Assembly: GCA_030765785.1 (NCBI GenBank)
Contig: JAVCCC010000044.1
Coordinates: 1,417-65,416, forward strand
DNA: 64,000 bases
Origin: Candidatus Aceula lacicola
GTDB lineage: Bacteria > Omnitrophota > Gorgyraeia > Zapsychrales > Aceulaceae
Direction of reading: 5' to 3'
Shown here: positions 19,749 through 30,390 of the stretch, piece by piece
How the letters are laid out: the number at the start of each line of letters is the position of its first letter
How positions within the stretch are numbered: position 1 is the first letter of the stretch
The notes under the pieces: generated by a model
The model's input: only the letters and a program-made list of their open reading frames with translations
Databases searched by the model: none
What the model was told of the DNA's origin: nothing
Position numbers and translations under genes: made by a program

Positions 19749-21032
19749 TTAAAATGAATAGCGAATGCGCGTATAAATATTCTTATTTCGTTTCATCTGG
19801 CCAAATTCTGTTGTGTCGTCCTCGCCCCAAGGTAAATTCGCACCAAATGTTACTTTCCACTGATCGCTAATATCATAGCTGACAGATGACCTAACGTATC
19901 CATCATCATCTGATGGCGAATAAAATGTAAACAACGAAACCATTACCGTCTGATTCTTAAATAATTTTGTAATCCGGTTGGTTATTAAATGTCGATATTC
20001 ATCCCACCTATAATCATTAGGCAAAAGATTATCGCGATACTCGCTATAATCAAGTCTTTGCTCATACATATACTGAAATCCCACTTTTAAATCATTTCCC
20101 AAGTCTTTAGTATATCCTGCCATCGTTTTAAAAAATGAATTCTCAACTGTTCTAATATTTCCGTCACTATCATCTCGTGAATTAATATAGCCAAATTCAA
20201 TATTTCCAATACCACTTGCAAAGGGCCCTCTCAAACTTGCTCCATAAACATCTACCGGCTCATAATAAAGCTGCTTTAAAGCTTCATTTTTATAGCTCCT
20301 TGGATTCTTGTCAAAACCATGAAAGAAATAAAATGCGCCTTCATTGCTACCAAAATTACGATAAAACCTTAGAGCATATTCATTATTGCTCATCTGAAAT
20401 GGAGGCTTAATAATATCTCGATCTGAATTAACGCCTGTAATGCCTCCTTGAAAGCTATCAAAAAACGACAGGCGATCACCCTTAGCAATTGTGTTTGGTG
20501 TAAAATAAGGAATCACGATAAAATCAATGTTTGCAAACTTTGGATACAAAGATGCTTTAATCGCATCAGATGGTTTCTTTAAATACTCATCATCACGCCC
20601 AGTAAAAAAAGATACATAATCTTTTGAAAACATATCATTAATAAAAAGATAGTCTCCTGTCCCCCACGTCAAAACTTGACGGCCAATCTTTAAATCCATA
20701 AAATCAACAGGAGTCAAAGACAAGTTAAGTTCACGAAGCTCAAAATCTGTTTTACCGCTATAATACTCATCAACAGTAAAATCCCCTCTAAAGCTAAGCG
20801 CCCCACCTTTTTGAGCTAAATAATTATCACCTGAAAAATAATGATTAGCCCTTAGCTGTAGTCGTTGTTCAAAAAGATTATAATTATCTCTTTTTGTATC
20901 ATCATCGCTAAGCTTTACCCCATAATCTGTTTCAATGAATCCATGAATTTGAGGCCAAGCCGCAAAACTTGGTTGTACTAAAATAAAAATAAAAAATAAA
21001 ATAAAAAATATTCTTTTCATTATTGAATCCAT
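19749..21032 (-). CDS. Outer-membrane beta-barrel protein (putative partner of the MMPL/LolA-like system)
   Basis: 427 aa. Signal peptide (FILVQPSFA|AW). Alternating amphipathic strands. C-terminal ...RIRYSF with a terminal Phe. Confidence 0.6.
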   Translation of the reverse strand: MDSIMKRIFFILFFIFILVQPSFAAWPQIHGFIETDYGVKLSDDDTKRDNYNLFEQRLQLRANHYFSGDNYLAQKGGALSFRGDFTVDEYYSGKTDFELRELNLSLTPVDFMDLKIGRQVLTWGTGDYLFINDMFSKDYVSFFTGRDDEYLKKPSDAIKASLYPKFANIDFIVIPYFTPNTIAKGDRLSFFDSFQGGITGVNSDRDIIKPPFQMSNNEYALRFYRNFGSNEGAFYFFHGFDKNPRSYKNEALKQLYYEPVDVYGASLRGPFASGIGNIEFGYINSRDDSDGNIRTVENSFFKTMAGYTKDLGNDLKVGFQYMYEQRLDYSEYRDNLLPNDYRWDEYRHLITNRITKLFKNQTVMVSLFTFYSPSDDDGYVRSSVSYDISDQWKVTFGANLPWGEDDTTEFGQMKRNKNIYTRIRYSF

Positions 21033-21799
21033 TGCATCGGTGGTTTTCTTAAATATCTTTCTGTAAAAATATTGTCATCGAGCCCAATATCATATTGAAC
21101 ATCGCTAAACTCCATAACCGTCTGCCCACCTCGCTCAAAATCAGTCGCTTGAGATTTAAAAACCGTTGGATGTCCGTCTATATCTTTAACCTCAAGAGCC
21201 TCAATCGTTCTAATTAAATCACCGGCTTTATTATAGTATTCAGCTTTCATCGGCATAAAATTATTTTTATCGATCCAAACTGCATAAGTACTAAATTCGA
21301 TACCTTGATCATCTTTCGGTGTATTTTTGATTTTATAAAATCCATCTTCTTCACCCAAAAGCTCATGAATATCCGTATCGACACCTCGTCCAGAAACATC
21401 CTCATAAACAAAATGAGACCCAACAAAACTTGAACGTTTATCGCTTGCCGCAATACGTCGAACCAAGTCCAGCGCTGGCAAATACATCCAGCGATCATCA
21501 TCTTTTCCTAAATTTTTCCAAACCATATATGTCATGCGCGCAACATCTGTAGGTTTTTCAAAATAAACATAAAACTTTTGCTCGCCACCGTCTTTGACAT
21601 TAAAGCGCAATATTTTAAATTCTCTATTGCGTTTTCTTCCTTGAGAATCTGTGATGATCATCTTGACTTTAGATTTTCCATCTTTCCCAGCATAATACGA
21701 AACAAGATTAGCCTTATTGATAATCTCGTCAACATTTTGTGCAAAAACAAAATTTGCGCAAAAACCTAAAATAACCAATAATAAAAATATTTTTTTCAT
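21020..21799 (-). CDS. LolA-like outer-membrane lipoprotein-sorting protein (DUF1329-like)
   Basis: 259 aa. Signal peptide. Characteristic DDDRWMYLPALDLVRRIAASDKR segment of the LolA_like family. Frequently partnered with RND/MMPL exporters. Confidence 0.7.
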   Translation of the reverse strand: MKKIFLLLVILGFCANFVFAQNVDEIINKANLVSYYAGKDGKSKVKMIITDSQGRKRNREFKILRFNVKDGGEQKFYVYFEKPTDVARMTYMVWKNLGKDDDRWMYLPALDLVRRIAASDKRSSFVGSHFVYEDVSGRGVDTDIHELLGEEDGFYKIKNTPKDDQGIEFSTYAVWIDKNNFMPMKAEYYNKAGDLIRTIEALEVKDIDGHPTVFKSQATDFERGGQTVMEFSDVQYDIGLDDNIFTERYLRKPPMQWIQ

Positions 21800-24313
21800 T
21801 TATTTTTCCTCCATTAAACATATTTTCCTTTTCGACGCCATATGGCAAATACCTGCAAACATAACTACAATTCCAATGCTAATAAATGTAATTGGTTTCC
21901 ACCCAGCAGTGGTATATCCAAACAAAACATATGCCACAGCCACAGCGACAAACAAAGCAATAAGCATACAATAGCTACACTTACAGCTTAACGCTTTATT
22001 ATTCTCTTCAAACATCCAGCTAGGTTTTAATGATACTATAGCTGGCAAAATAAATAAAGTCGCAAGACTTGAAACTGCCATAATCGTAAACATAAAGAAT
22101 CCGACGGTTTTATACGGAACAAGCGGCGCAGCTAAAAGCGGCAAAAAACCAATGGCAACAACCAAGGCATTTCGAATAATAGCCCTGCCTGGTCCGGCAA
22201 ACATTTCTTTAGATGTCTCTTCCCACGTTCCTTTCTCTCGATGAACCTCAACCGTTCTCTGAATAAAATGAATAGCAAAATCAATCGAAAGCCCAAGCGT
22301 CAGCGCCGATAAAACAGCGACTGGCATATCGTAATCCTTTCCAAAGAATCCTAACAAACTATAAATAAATAAAATTGTAACTGTCAAAGGAATCATAGAA
22401 ATCAATGCCTTAATTGGAGAGCGAAACAAAAACAACATCATAAAAAGAACAATCACAAAGCTTCCTAAAAAGTTTTTAAGCATTCCACCTACCATATTGT
22501 TTTGCCATACAACATTGATGTAAGTTAATCCTGCCCAATTATAAGTTAGTTCCTTCGGTGGCGGATTGTCTTTTATGTATTTCTTAACGTACTTGACAAC
22601 CTTGTCCATATCCTTATTGTCACCACTTTTAAGCTGAACCCATATGTTAAGCTTTGAATAATCAGGAGTCGTTAGATGCCAAAGATCATCTGGCTTATGA
22701 GAGTTCTCAAACGAAATCAAACATTGTGCAACCGCAGGCTTACTCTTAGGAATAACATTGTTAACTTTGTCGCCACCTAAAAGTTCATAATAAATCTTTT
22801 TAACAATATCTGCCAAAGAAGTTGTTTTGCCAACTAAACCTGTCTCAAGAAGCTTGTTTTGAAGATTCTCAACATAATGAAGCATTTTCGGCTCAATAAA
22901 TACTTCGTCTTCCTTATCTTTTGCATCAAGCACAAGATACGCCTCATACGTTCCTGCAAAATGCTCGTTTAAAATTTTATCCGCTACACGGATTGGATGT
23001 TTTTTCTCAAACCAACGCACAGGATTATCATTAACTTGAATCTTGCTAATTCCATAAATCGAAATTCCAACCAAAATAACAGTAATCACCAAAACAGGTT
23101 TAAAATATTTTGTTGTAATAATTCTAATAACTCCTAAAATTTTATCAAGAAAAACCGACTTCTCTTCTTTACCGGATAATCCAAACCCTTCAAATCTTTT
23201 AGGATTCATCAACATAATATAAGCGGGAATAAACAAGATCGTTAAAGCCCACGCAATTAAAACGCCAACAGCGACAAAAACACCAAAAACCTGTACGGGA
23301 GGAATTGGAGAAAAGGAAAGTGAAAAAAATCCAACGGCTGATGTTAAAGACGTAAATAACATTGGGCTAAACAACTCGTCCAAAACAAAAACAAGTGTCT
23401 TTTTTCGATCGTGATAGACGTGATACTTATCAAAAAATTCACTCAAAATATGAACAGAATCCAGCACGGCTATCGGCATCAAAAAAATAGGAATCATCGA
23501 GCTCATAATATGGACAGGAAAACCAAATGCAATTAAAAGCCCCATGGTAATTAAAACCGTTGCCATAGCAATGAGCATAGGTGCGACGATAAGACTTACA
23601 GATTTAAAGAAAAACCACATCAAAAGAAAAATAACAAGTCCTGCTAAAGGTGCCGAAATTGCCATTTGCTTAAACATCTCAACCCCAAACTGATCATTAG
23701 CAATAGGCAATCCTGTAAAGTAATACTTATCATCAGATGGATATTTCTTTACAATAGTTTTAATTTTCTGAGAAATTTCATAACTTAAATCTTTGCGCTT
23801 AATCGGAATATATAAAGCCAACGCCTTACCATCTTCTGATACAAGCGTTCCATGAAACATTGGATTGTCTTGTGCTTCATCCCGAACATGAAGTGCTTCC
23901 TCGTTTGTTTTTGGCGGCTCTGGCATCAACCAATTAAAGCGGACACTTCCTATGTCTCCCTGTTCAATATTATCTTTTGTCGATGGAGAAATAATTTCAG
24001 AAGCAATAACGCCATCGAGTTTTTTAATATCATCTGTGATGTGATAAATATCTGTGAGTGTCTTAACATTAAAAACACCATTGGAATCTGTTTTGTTTAC
24101 AACGCCAATAACAAGAATATCGTAAAGTGCAAACTCCTTCTTCATCTCATCATTAAAAACACGTGCCGACGAGCTACTGGGAAGCATATTTTCTGGATCG
24201 GTATCCACCTTAATTCTCACAAATTGGGTCAAAGACAAAACAACAAATACCGCAACCAGCGAAATAATAACTTTTGGCTTGTTTAAAGCATATTCCATAA
24301 ATTTCTTAATCAT
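21800..24313 (-). CDS. RND-superfamily exporter of the MMPL (HpnN-like) family
   Basis: 837 aa with a 12-transmembrane pattern arranged as two TM bundles each followed by a large periplasmic loop. Confidence 0.82.
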   Translation of the reverse strand: MIKKFMEYALNKPKVIISLVAVFVVLSLTQFVRIKVDTDPENMLPSSSSARVFNDEMKKEFALYDILVIGVVNKTDSNGVFNVKTLTDIYHITDDIKKLDGVIASEIISPSTKDNIEQGDIGSVRFNWLMPEPPKTNEEALHVRDEAQDNPMFHGTLVSEDGKALALYIPIKRKDLSYEISQKIKTIVKKYPSDDKYYFTGLPIANDQFGVEMFKQMAISAPLAGLVIFLLMWFFFKSVSLIVAPMLIAMATVLITMGLLIAFGFPVHIMSSMIPIFLMPIAVLDSVHILSEFFDKYHVYHDRKKTLVFVLDELFSPMLFTSLTSAVGFFSLSFSPIPPVQVFGVFVAVGVLIAWALTILFIPAYIMLMNPKRFEGFGLSGKEEKSVFLDKILGVIRIITTKYFKPVLVITVILVGISIYGISKIQVNDNPVRWFEKKHPIRVADKILNEHFAGTYEAYLVLDAKDKEDEVFIEPKMLHYVENLQNKLLETGLVGKTTSLADIVKKIYYELLGGDKVNNVIPKSKPAVAQCLISFENSHKPDDLWHLTTPDYSKLNIWVQLKSGDNKDMDKVVKYVKKYIKDNPPPKELTYNWAGLTYINVVWQNNMVGGMLKNFLGSFVIVLFMMLFLFRSPIKALISMIPLTVTILFIYSLLGFFGKDYDMPVAVLSALTLGLSIDFAIHFIQRTVEVHREKGTWEETSKEMFAGPGRAIIRNALVVAIGFLPLLAAPLVPYKTVGFFMFTIMAVSSLATLFILPAIVSLKPSWMFEENNKALSCKCSYCMLIALFVAVAVAYVLFGYTTAGWKPITFISIGIVVMFAGICHMASKRKICLMEEK

Positions 24314-24322
24314 ATCCTTCTC

Positions 24323-24583
24323 CTATTTTTTAAAAATATCTATAGCCATTTTAATCTTTTTATTTGAAACCTGATAACAAGTCTCAACACCGTTCTTAAC
24401 TGGAAACAAAATACCCGCGTTTCTTAAAATCCCTAAGTGCTGTGACACTGTTGATTGCGGCAACTTTAAAATTTTGACAATTTTAGAAACATTGCATTGA
24501 TTTCTCATTAACCCTTCTACCATCTTTAATCGAACGGGATGCCCCAACGCCTTTAGCATATCAGCTGTCTTGATATAATCCAT
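24323..24583 (-). CDS. ArsR/SmtB-family transcriptional regulator
   Basis: 86 aa with a winged-helix HTH (LKALGHPVRLKMVEGL...VSKIVKILKLPQSTVSQHLGILRNAGIL). Confidence 0.8.
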   Translation of the reverse strand: MDYIKTADMLKALGHPVRLKMVEGLMRNQCNVSKIVKILKLPQSTVSQHLGILRNAGILFPVKNGVETCYQVSNKKIKMAIDIFKK

Positions 24584-24617
24584 CTTTTTCCTTTCTTGAA
24601 AATCAATCTAACTTCAT

Positions 24618-24637
24618 ATATCGTAATATTACGATAT
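24618..24637. promoter_or_regulatory. Perfect 20-bp palindrome ATATCGTAATATTACGATAT, followed by a TACGATAT direct repeat. Putative ArsR operator overlapping the -10 element.
   Basis: I read the sequence directly. The palindrome is centred on the -10 of a TTGACA-17-TAATAT promoter that lies on the minus strand. Confidence 0.6.
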
Positions 24638-24654
24638 TACGATATATTTGTCAA
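24626..24654 (-). promoter_or_regulatory. Sigma-70-type promoter of the arsR-MMPL operon (-35 TTGACA, 17-nt spacer, -10 TAATAT)
   Basis: The reverse complement of 24626-24654 reads TTGACAaatatatcgtaatatcgTAATAT, about 40 nt upstream of the arsR ATG. Confidence 0.55.
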
Positions 24655-24701
24655 GACAAAAAATAAAAAAAGGGGGGTTAGCTTTTAAAAGCTAACCCCC
24701 C
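24655..24701 (-). terminator. Rho-independent terminator of the csp gene
   Basis: GGGGGGTTAGC-ttttaaaa-GCTAACCCCCC hairpin followed on the minus strand by U7AU6. Confidence 0.85.
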
Positions 24702-24731
24702 TTTAAACTGTCTTCCCTCTATATGATTATC

Positions 24732-24935
24732 TTAAAGCGCTTTAACCTTCTTGGCTTTAAAGCCCTTGTCATCTTTTTCTAACTCAAATTCGACGTCTTG
24801 TCCCTCATCTAATGTTTTATAACCTTCTTCCTGTTGAATCTCACTAAAATGAACGAATACATCTTCGCCAGACTCAGAAGCAATAAACCCGTACCCTTTT
24901 TTGGCATTGAACCACTTTATTTTACCTTTTGTCAT
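24732..24935 (-). CDS. csp: Cold-shock protein (CspA family)
   Basis: 67 aa. [15 protein letters not shown] and VFVHFS RNP motifs. Confidence 0.95.
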   Translation of the reverse strand: MTKGKIKWFNAKKGYGFIASESGEDVFVHFSEIQQEEGYKTLDEGQDVEFELEKDDKGFKAKKVKAL

Positions 24936-25235
24936 TACTGCCTTCCTTCTTAAAACGTTTTGAGAAGTTAAGATCTTTAAAATCCTTTTCTTCTCCTTTT
25001 TCTTACCCTAATTTCACAATACACGACAAATATTTATTTGTCAATAAACATTCATTAGAAAAATATAATCACTTCTATAAAAAAACCCAAGGTGGCGGCA
25101 TCGGAACTTGTTTCAAAATACCAAAAAGACCTCCCAGAAGATCTAAAGGAAGCTTAAGAAGAGCGCATCCGGTTTGCGATACACATAAAATAAGAAGAAA
25201 AACAATAAAAAAATATTTCTTTGTTGTAATAATCA

Positions 25236-26294
25236 TTAACAAATCCGTGGCAACTGCTCTGATGAAAGCATGTCCACAATACGCGTTGTTCCAATCTGAT
25301 TCTTAGCTATTACCAATGTTTTCTTGCCTTTCACCACATGTCCTATAATAGAAGCGTCATTTCCTAGAGGGCTTGCTTTCATAATCGCCAAAACCTCTTT
25401 AGCTTCAGATTCAGGAACAAAACAAATAAATCGTCCCTCATTTGCAACATATAAAGGGTCTATCCCTAAAATTTCACAAACACCCCTAACATCTTCTCTA
25501 ACCGAAATAACATTTTCGTCAATCTCAATCGCCATGCTAGATGCTTTAGCGATTTCAACAAGTGCGGTCGCAAGTCCTCCGCGTGTCAAATCACGCATAC
25601 AATGTATTGTAACCTTTGATTTTATAAGCTTCAACACTAAATCCGATAAAGATGCTGAATCGCTCTCAATTGTATTCTCAAAACTTAAAGATTCACGTAC
25701 GGCCATGATAGCCATGCCATGACGCGCAATATCCCCGCTGAGAATAATACAGTCCCCTTCTTTAATAGATTGAGGACAAATACTCTGATCATGCTCAATA
25801 ACCCCTACGCCAGATGTGTTAATAAAAATGCCGTCTGCTTTTCCTTTATCTACAACCTTTGTGTCTCCTGAAACAATTTGCACACCCGCTTCTTCGGCTG
25901 CTCTTTGCATAGAGTTTGCAACTCGCCAAAGATCTTCCATGGCAAGTCCTTCCTCTAAAATAAAACCAACTGTTAAATACAATGGTCTCGCTCCACACAT
26001 TGCAAGATCGTTAACAGTTCCATGAATAGCCAAAGACCCGATATCTCCTCCTGGAAAAAAAATAGGATGAATCACATAAGAATCCGTTGTCATTGCAATT
26101 TTATTTGCAGAAATTTGTGCAATCGCACCATCATGAGATTGATTAAGATAATCATTGTTAAAAACAGAACGAAATATTTTATCAATCAATTGATTCGTCA
26201 AGGTCCCTCCACTTCCATGAGCAAGCAAAACACGAGGATAATCCGAGATCGGAATAGGGCAACTTGGAAAATTATATTCTTTTTTATTTGTCAT
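25236..26294 (-). CDS. hypE: Hydrogenase maturation factor HypE
   Basis: 352 aa AIR-synthase-like protein with the HypE C-terminal ...PRIC motif. Confidence 0.93.
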   Translation of the reverse strand: MTNKKEYNFPSCPIPISDYPRVLLAHGSGGTLTNQLIDKIFRSVFNNDYLNQSHDGAIAQISANKIAMTTDSYVIHPIFFPGGDIGSLAIHGTVNDLAMCGARPLYLTVGFILEEGLAMEDLWRVANSMQRAAEEAGVQIVSGDTKVVDKGKADGIFINTSGVGVIEHDQSICPQSIKEGDCIILSGDIARHGMAIMAVRESLSFENTIESDSASLSDLVLKLIKSKVTIHCMRDLTRGGLATALVEIAKASSMAIEIDENVISVREDVRGVCEILGIDPLYVANEGRFICFVPESEAKEVLAIMKASPLGNDASIIGHVVKGKKTLVIAKNQIGTTRIVDMLSSEQLPRIC

Positions 26295-27376
26295 CTTCTT
26301 TTATACCGATAATAAGCATTACACGCTCCTTCAGATGAAACCATAGGTGCGCCTAAAGGATGATCCGGCCGACATTGCTTTCCAAAAGCAGCACATTCAT
26401 GCGGATTCTTTATTCCCTGCAAAACAAGAGCACTAATACATTCTTCAGGTTCACATGTTTTAATATTTTCCAAATCAAATATTCTCTCAGCATCAAATTG
26501 AAAATAATCTTTTCTTAAAATAAGTCCACTCTGAGGAATAATTCCAATGCCTCTCCATTTTCTTGATGAAACTTCAAAAACTTCTTTAATAATCTCCATC
26601 GCCTTATTGTTTCCTTCTCTGTGAACACAGCGAGCATATGAATTCTCAACTTCATATCGATTTTCTTCCAATTGCTTAATGCACATATGCACACCTTGCA
26701 AAATATCAAACGGTTCAAATCCGGTTACAACAATTGGCGTTTTATATTTTTTAGCTATTGGCTCATACTCCTCATATCCCATAATTGTACACACATGTCC
26801 TGCAGCCAGAAATCCTTGCACCTTATTTTGCTTAGATGACAAAATTGTCTCAATTGCCGGCGGCACTAACACATGAGAAACTAAAAGAGAAAAATTATCA
26901 ATGCCTTGCTTTTTAGCCATATAAGCTGCCATCGCATTGCCAGGTGCTGTTGTTTCAAATCCAATTGCAAAAAAAACTACTTTCTTGCTAGGATTCTTTT
27001 TGGCAATCTCAAGTGCATCCATCGGCGAATAAACAATGCGGATGTCTGCGCCTTCTGCCTTAACACCTAGCAAATCTTTCTGGCTCCCAGGAACTCTAAT
27101 CATATCTCCAAAAGAACAAAAAATAACATCTTCTCTAGCTGCAATTGCAATAGCTCGATCAATCGACTCTAAAGGAGTCACGCAAACAGGACATCCTGGA
27201 CCATGAACAAGCGTAATTTCTTTTGGAAGAAGCTCATCAAGCCCAAAGCGAATGATAGAATGCGTCTGTCCGCCGCAAATCTCCATAATTGTCCATGGAT
27301 GCTTTGTTATTTCTTTAATTGCTTGCGCAATTTTCTGAACACTTTCTTTATTGCGATATTCATCAACAAATTTCAT
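26291..27376 (-). CDS. hypD: Hydrogenase maturation factor HypD
   Basis: 361 aa. [13 protein letters not shown] and CPVC motifs. Confidence 0.93.
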   Translation of the reverse strand: MKFVDEYRNKESVQKIAQAIKEITKHPWTIMEICGGQTHSIIRFGLDELLPKEITLVHGPGCPVCVTPLESIDRAIAIAAREDVIFCSFGDMIRVPGSQKDLLGVKAEGADIRIVYSPMDALEIAKKNPSKKVVFFAIGFETTAPGNAMAAYMAKKQGIDNFSLLVSHVLVPPAIETILSSKQNKVQGFLAAGHVCTIMGYEEYEPIAKKYKTPIVVTGFEPFDILQGVHMCIKQLEENRYEVENSYARCVHREGNNKAMEIIKEVFEVSSRKWRGIGIIPQSGLILRKDYFQFDAERIFDLENIKTCEPEECISALVLQGIKNPHECAAFGKQCRPDHPLGAPMVSSEGACNAYYRYKRR

Positions 27377-27619
27377 CTATTTGCCCTTGTACAAATCATC
27401 AATTTCGCTTAAATATTCCAAAGTCTTCTGCGCCTCTTCTTCATCCACCTGACTTATAGCAAATCCAGCATGAACAATGACGTAATCTCCGATCTTTGCC
27501 TCTGGCACATAGGCTAAATTAACCTCTTTTTGAATACCAGAAAAATCGATCTTACCCTTTTTCTCTAAAGAATTTTCACCCTCAATACTAATAATTTTTC
27601 CAGGAACAGCTAAACACAT
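27377..27619 (-). CDS. hypC: Hydrogenase maturation factor HypC
   Basis: 80 aa starting MCLAVPGKI. Confidence 0.9.
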   Translation of the reverse strand: MCLAVPGKIISIEGENSLEKKGKIDFSGIQKEVNLAYVPEAKIGDYVIVHAGFAISQVDEEEAQKTLEYLSEIDDLYKGK

Positions 27620-29908
27620 TTATTTTTCCTTTTGTTTAAAATCGTATTGTAACACATTTTTCTTTGATGCCGCAGCAATTTGCCCTAAAGAAATTCCACC
27701 ATCATTCGTAGGAATCCTTTGATGCCAATAAGGCAAAAATCCTTCCTCCTTAAGTCGATAAATAGAACGCTCTAAAAGATATTTATTCTGAAAACACCCT
27801 CCTGTTAAAACGATCTTTTTTAAACCACTTCGAATTGCAATCGCAATAATAATATCAACTAATGTATCATGAAATTTTCTGGCAATCACGTTACTTTTAA
27901 CACCATTCTTAATATCTCTCAAAATATCCCTAACAAATAACTCCTCAACAATTAAACTTTCGTTTTTCTTAATACCAAACGAATAAACACAGTTTGATTT
28001 TTCATCAGAAATAGAAAACTCAACACTCATAGCCGCTTGCCCCTCAAAATCAACATAATGACAAAGCCCTAAGAACGAACTAACAGCATCGAAAATACGT
28101 CCCACGCTTGACGTTAACGGACTATTTATCTTCTTTCTCAACATTGAATTTAGATTCACTAATTCTTCAGGCTTAAATGCATTTAAAAATTCTACGTCTT
28201 TTTCTTCAAATGCTTTTTCACCTAAAACATGATACAAAAGTCCCGCTGCTGACCGTCTTGGTTCTCTTACAGCTGCCTCTCCTCCAGGAAGAGGAAATGG
28301 AGAAAAATATGCAAATCGTTTAAATCCATCTTTATCAACTTTTAGAAACTCGCCTCCCCAAATTGTTTGATCTTGCCCATATCCTGTTCCATCAAAACAA
28401 ACACCTAAAACTTCATCGTTAATCTCATTTTCAGCCATACATGAACATGCATGTGCATAATGATGCTGAATCTTTTCTTTTGGCAAATTAGAATATTCGA
28501 CAAACTGTGTTGATAGATAATTTGGATGTTCATCGCACACAATTAACTTTACATCTACATCATATATCTTTGTTAAATCCTTAATTGTTTTTTCAAAGGT
28601 CTCAAGTGCTTTTGGTGTTTCTAAATCTCCTATATGCTGGCTAACAAAAACATTTTCTTTATTTGAAAATGCTATTGTATTCTTTAAATGTGGACCAACA
28701 GCCAAAATAGAATCTTCAACATTCTTAACAAAAATAGGAAGCGGTGCAAATCCACGCGCACGCCTTAAAACCATTTCTCGCCCTGCCATAACACGAACCA
28801 TAGAATCATCAACGTGATGCGCAATGTCTCTGTTGTGCACTAAAAATCCATCAGCGATATATTTTAAGCTATTCAATGCCTCCCTATTATCAACGCAAAT
28901 TGTTTCTTCGGATAAATTTGCACTCGTTGCAACAATAGGACCTTTTAAAATATCAAGTAGCAAAATATGTAGCGGCGTATAAGCAAGCATTACTCCTAGA
29001 TAAGGATTTTGAGGCGCGACATTGTCAGCAATCTTTAGGCTCTGCTTCTTCCTTAAAAGCACAATAGGCGCTTCAGAGGACAGAAGGCTTCGTCTCTCCA
29101 GGGCAGACACTTCACAATCACTTTCGATTTCTTCAAGGCAACTAAACATTACCGCAAACGGTTTTAGCCCTCTCTTTTTTCGATCACGAAGTTTTTGTAC
29201 AGCACCCTCATTCTTGGCGTCTACAACCAAATGAAAACCACCTAAACCCTTTATTGCAATAACATCTCCATTCTTAATCATTTCAGCTGTCTTTAAAAGA
29301 GCGCTGCTATTTTTCTCAAGCACCTTGCTATCCTTATTCCAAAGCTCTATGCTAGGACCACATTTTGCACACGCATTAGGTTGCGCGTGAAATCTTCTAT
29401 CCTTAGGATTATCGTATTCTTTTTGACAATCGGAACACATCTTAAAACTTTTCATCGTTGTATTAGCTCGATCATAAGGAAGGTTTTGAATAATGCTATA
29501 GCGAGGTCCGCAAAGCGTGCAATTCGTAAAAGGATACTGATGTCGTCTATTTTTAGAATCTAGAATTTCTTTGCGGCATTCCGGACAGGTGGCAATATCT
29601 GGCAAAATAAATGCTTCGACTTCACCAGAAATACTTTCCTTGATTTGAAAATCTTTAAAACTAACAAGATCTAAAAAAGAATGTTCAAGACTTTGAATAA
29701 AAGACGTGGCAGGTTTTTCTTTTTCAATACGTAAAAGAAATTGATCTAAAATATTCTTTTTCCCTTCAACTTCAACAATAACACCATATGAAGAATTCTG
29801 AACAAAACCAACAACCTTCAAATCATTGGCAAGACGATAAACAAACGGCCTAAAGCCAACGCCTTGAACAGCACCGCGGATAATAATTCGAAGTCTTAAG
29901 TTTTCCAT
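27620..29908 (-). CDS. hypF: Carbamoyltransferase HypF
   Basis: 762 aa. N-terminal acylphosphatase domain, two CxxC...CxxC zinc fingers, YrdC domain and Kae1-like domain. Confidence 0.93.
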   Translation of the reverse strand: MENLRLRIIIRGAVQGVGFRPFVYRLANDLKVVGFVQNSSYGVIVEVEGKKNILDQFLLRIEKEKPATSFIQSLEHSFLDLVSFKDFQIKESISGEVEAFILPDIATCPECRKEILDSKNRRHQYPFTNCTLCGPRYSIIQNLPYDRANTTMKSFKMCSDCQKEYDNPKDRRFHAQPNACAKCGPSIELWNKDSKVLEKNSSALLKTAEMIKNGDVIAIKGLGGFHLVVDAKNEGAVQKLRDRKKRGLKPFAVMFSCLEEIESDCEVSALERRSLLSSEAPIVLLRKKQSLKIADNVAPQNPYLGVMLAYTPLHILLLDILKGPIVATSANLSEETICVDNREALNSLKYIADGFLVHNRDIAHHVDDSMVRVMAGREMVLRRARGFAPLPIFVKNVEDSILAVGPHLKNTIAFSNKENVFVSQHIGDLETPKALETFEKTIKDLTKIYDVDVKLIVCDEHPNYLSTQFVEYSNLPKEKIQHHYAHACSCMAENEINDEVLGVCFDGTGYGQDQTIWGGEFLKVDKDGFKRFAYFSPFPLPGGEAAVREPRRSAAGLLYHVLGEKAFEEKDVEFLNAFKPEELVNLNSMLRKKINSPLTSSVGRIFDAVSSFLGLCHYVDFEGQAAMSVEFSISDEKSNCVYSFGIKKNESLIVEELFVRDILRDIKNGVKSNVIARKFHDTLVDIIIAIAIRSGLKKIVLTGGCFQNKYLLERSIYRLKEEGFLPYWHQRIPTNDGGISLGQIAAASKKNVLQYDFKQKEK

Positions 29909-29931
29909 GGTATAAAATATCTTTGAAATGA

Positions 29932-30381
29932 TTAATCAAATTTTTCTTCTAAAAGACGCGTCTTAATAAATTCAATAGCTTCTAAAAGATTGTTTTGGGC
30001 CTTATCGGAAAGTTTTTCTCCAAAATCATCAAATTCATATCCGCGCATACCCAAAGCATATGCTTTTGTATTCGCTTTAAATAAATCATGTGCCAGAAAT
30101 AAAACAGCCTCTGGCTCAATGCTGTGTGTCGAAAAACTTACATCACTTTTAGGTTGAATTTCTTTGAAGAAGAATGGTTCCTCCCCTTTGACTGCCGCAT
30201 CTGCAAAAATAACAACATCATGCTCGGAAACACTAGCTGCATCTTCAACAGTCAGTTGATAGTCCGAATCAACAGTCACATTAGGGAGATTGAGTTCTTC
30301 AATAGCATCAGCCAAGGCAGGACCCAATCCATCATCAAGTCGTCCTGGGTTGCCATAGCCAATCAGTAATACTTTACTCAA
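29932..30381 (-). CDS. hoxW: Hydrogenase maturation endopeptidase (HoxW/HyaD family)
   Basis: 149 aa beginning VLLIGYGNPGRLDDGLG. Confidence 0.85.
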   Translation of the reverse strand: MSKVLLIGYGNPGRLDDGLGPALADAIEELNLPNVTVDSDYQLTVEDAASVSEHDVVIFADAAVKGEEPFFFKEIQPKSDVSFSTHSIEPEAVLFLAHDLFKANTKAYALGMRGYEFDDFGEKLSDKAQNNLLEAIEFIKTRLLEEKFD

Positions 30382-30390
30382 AGTAAAAAA

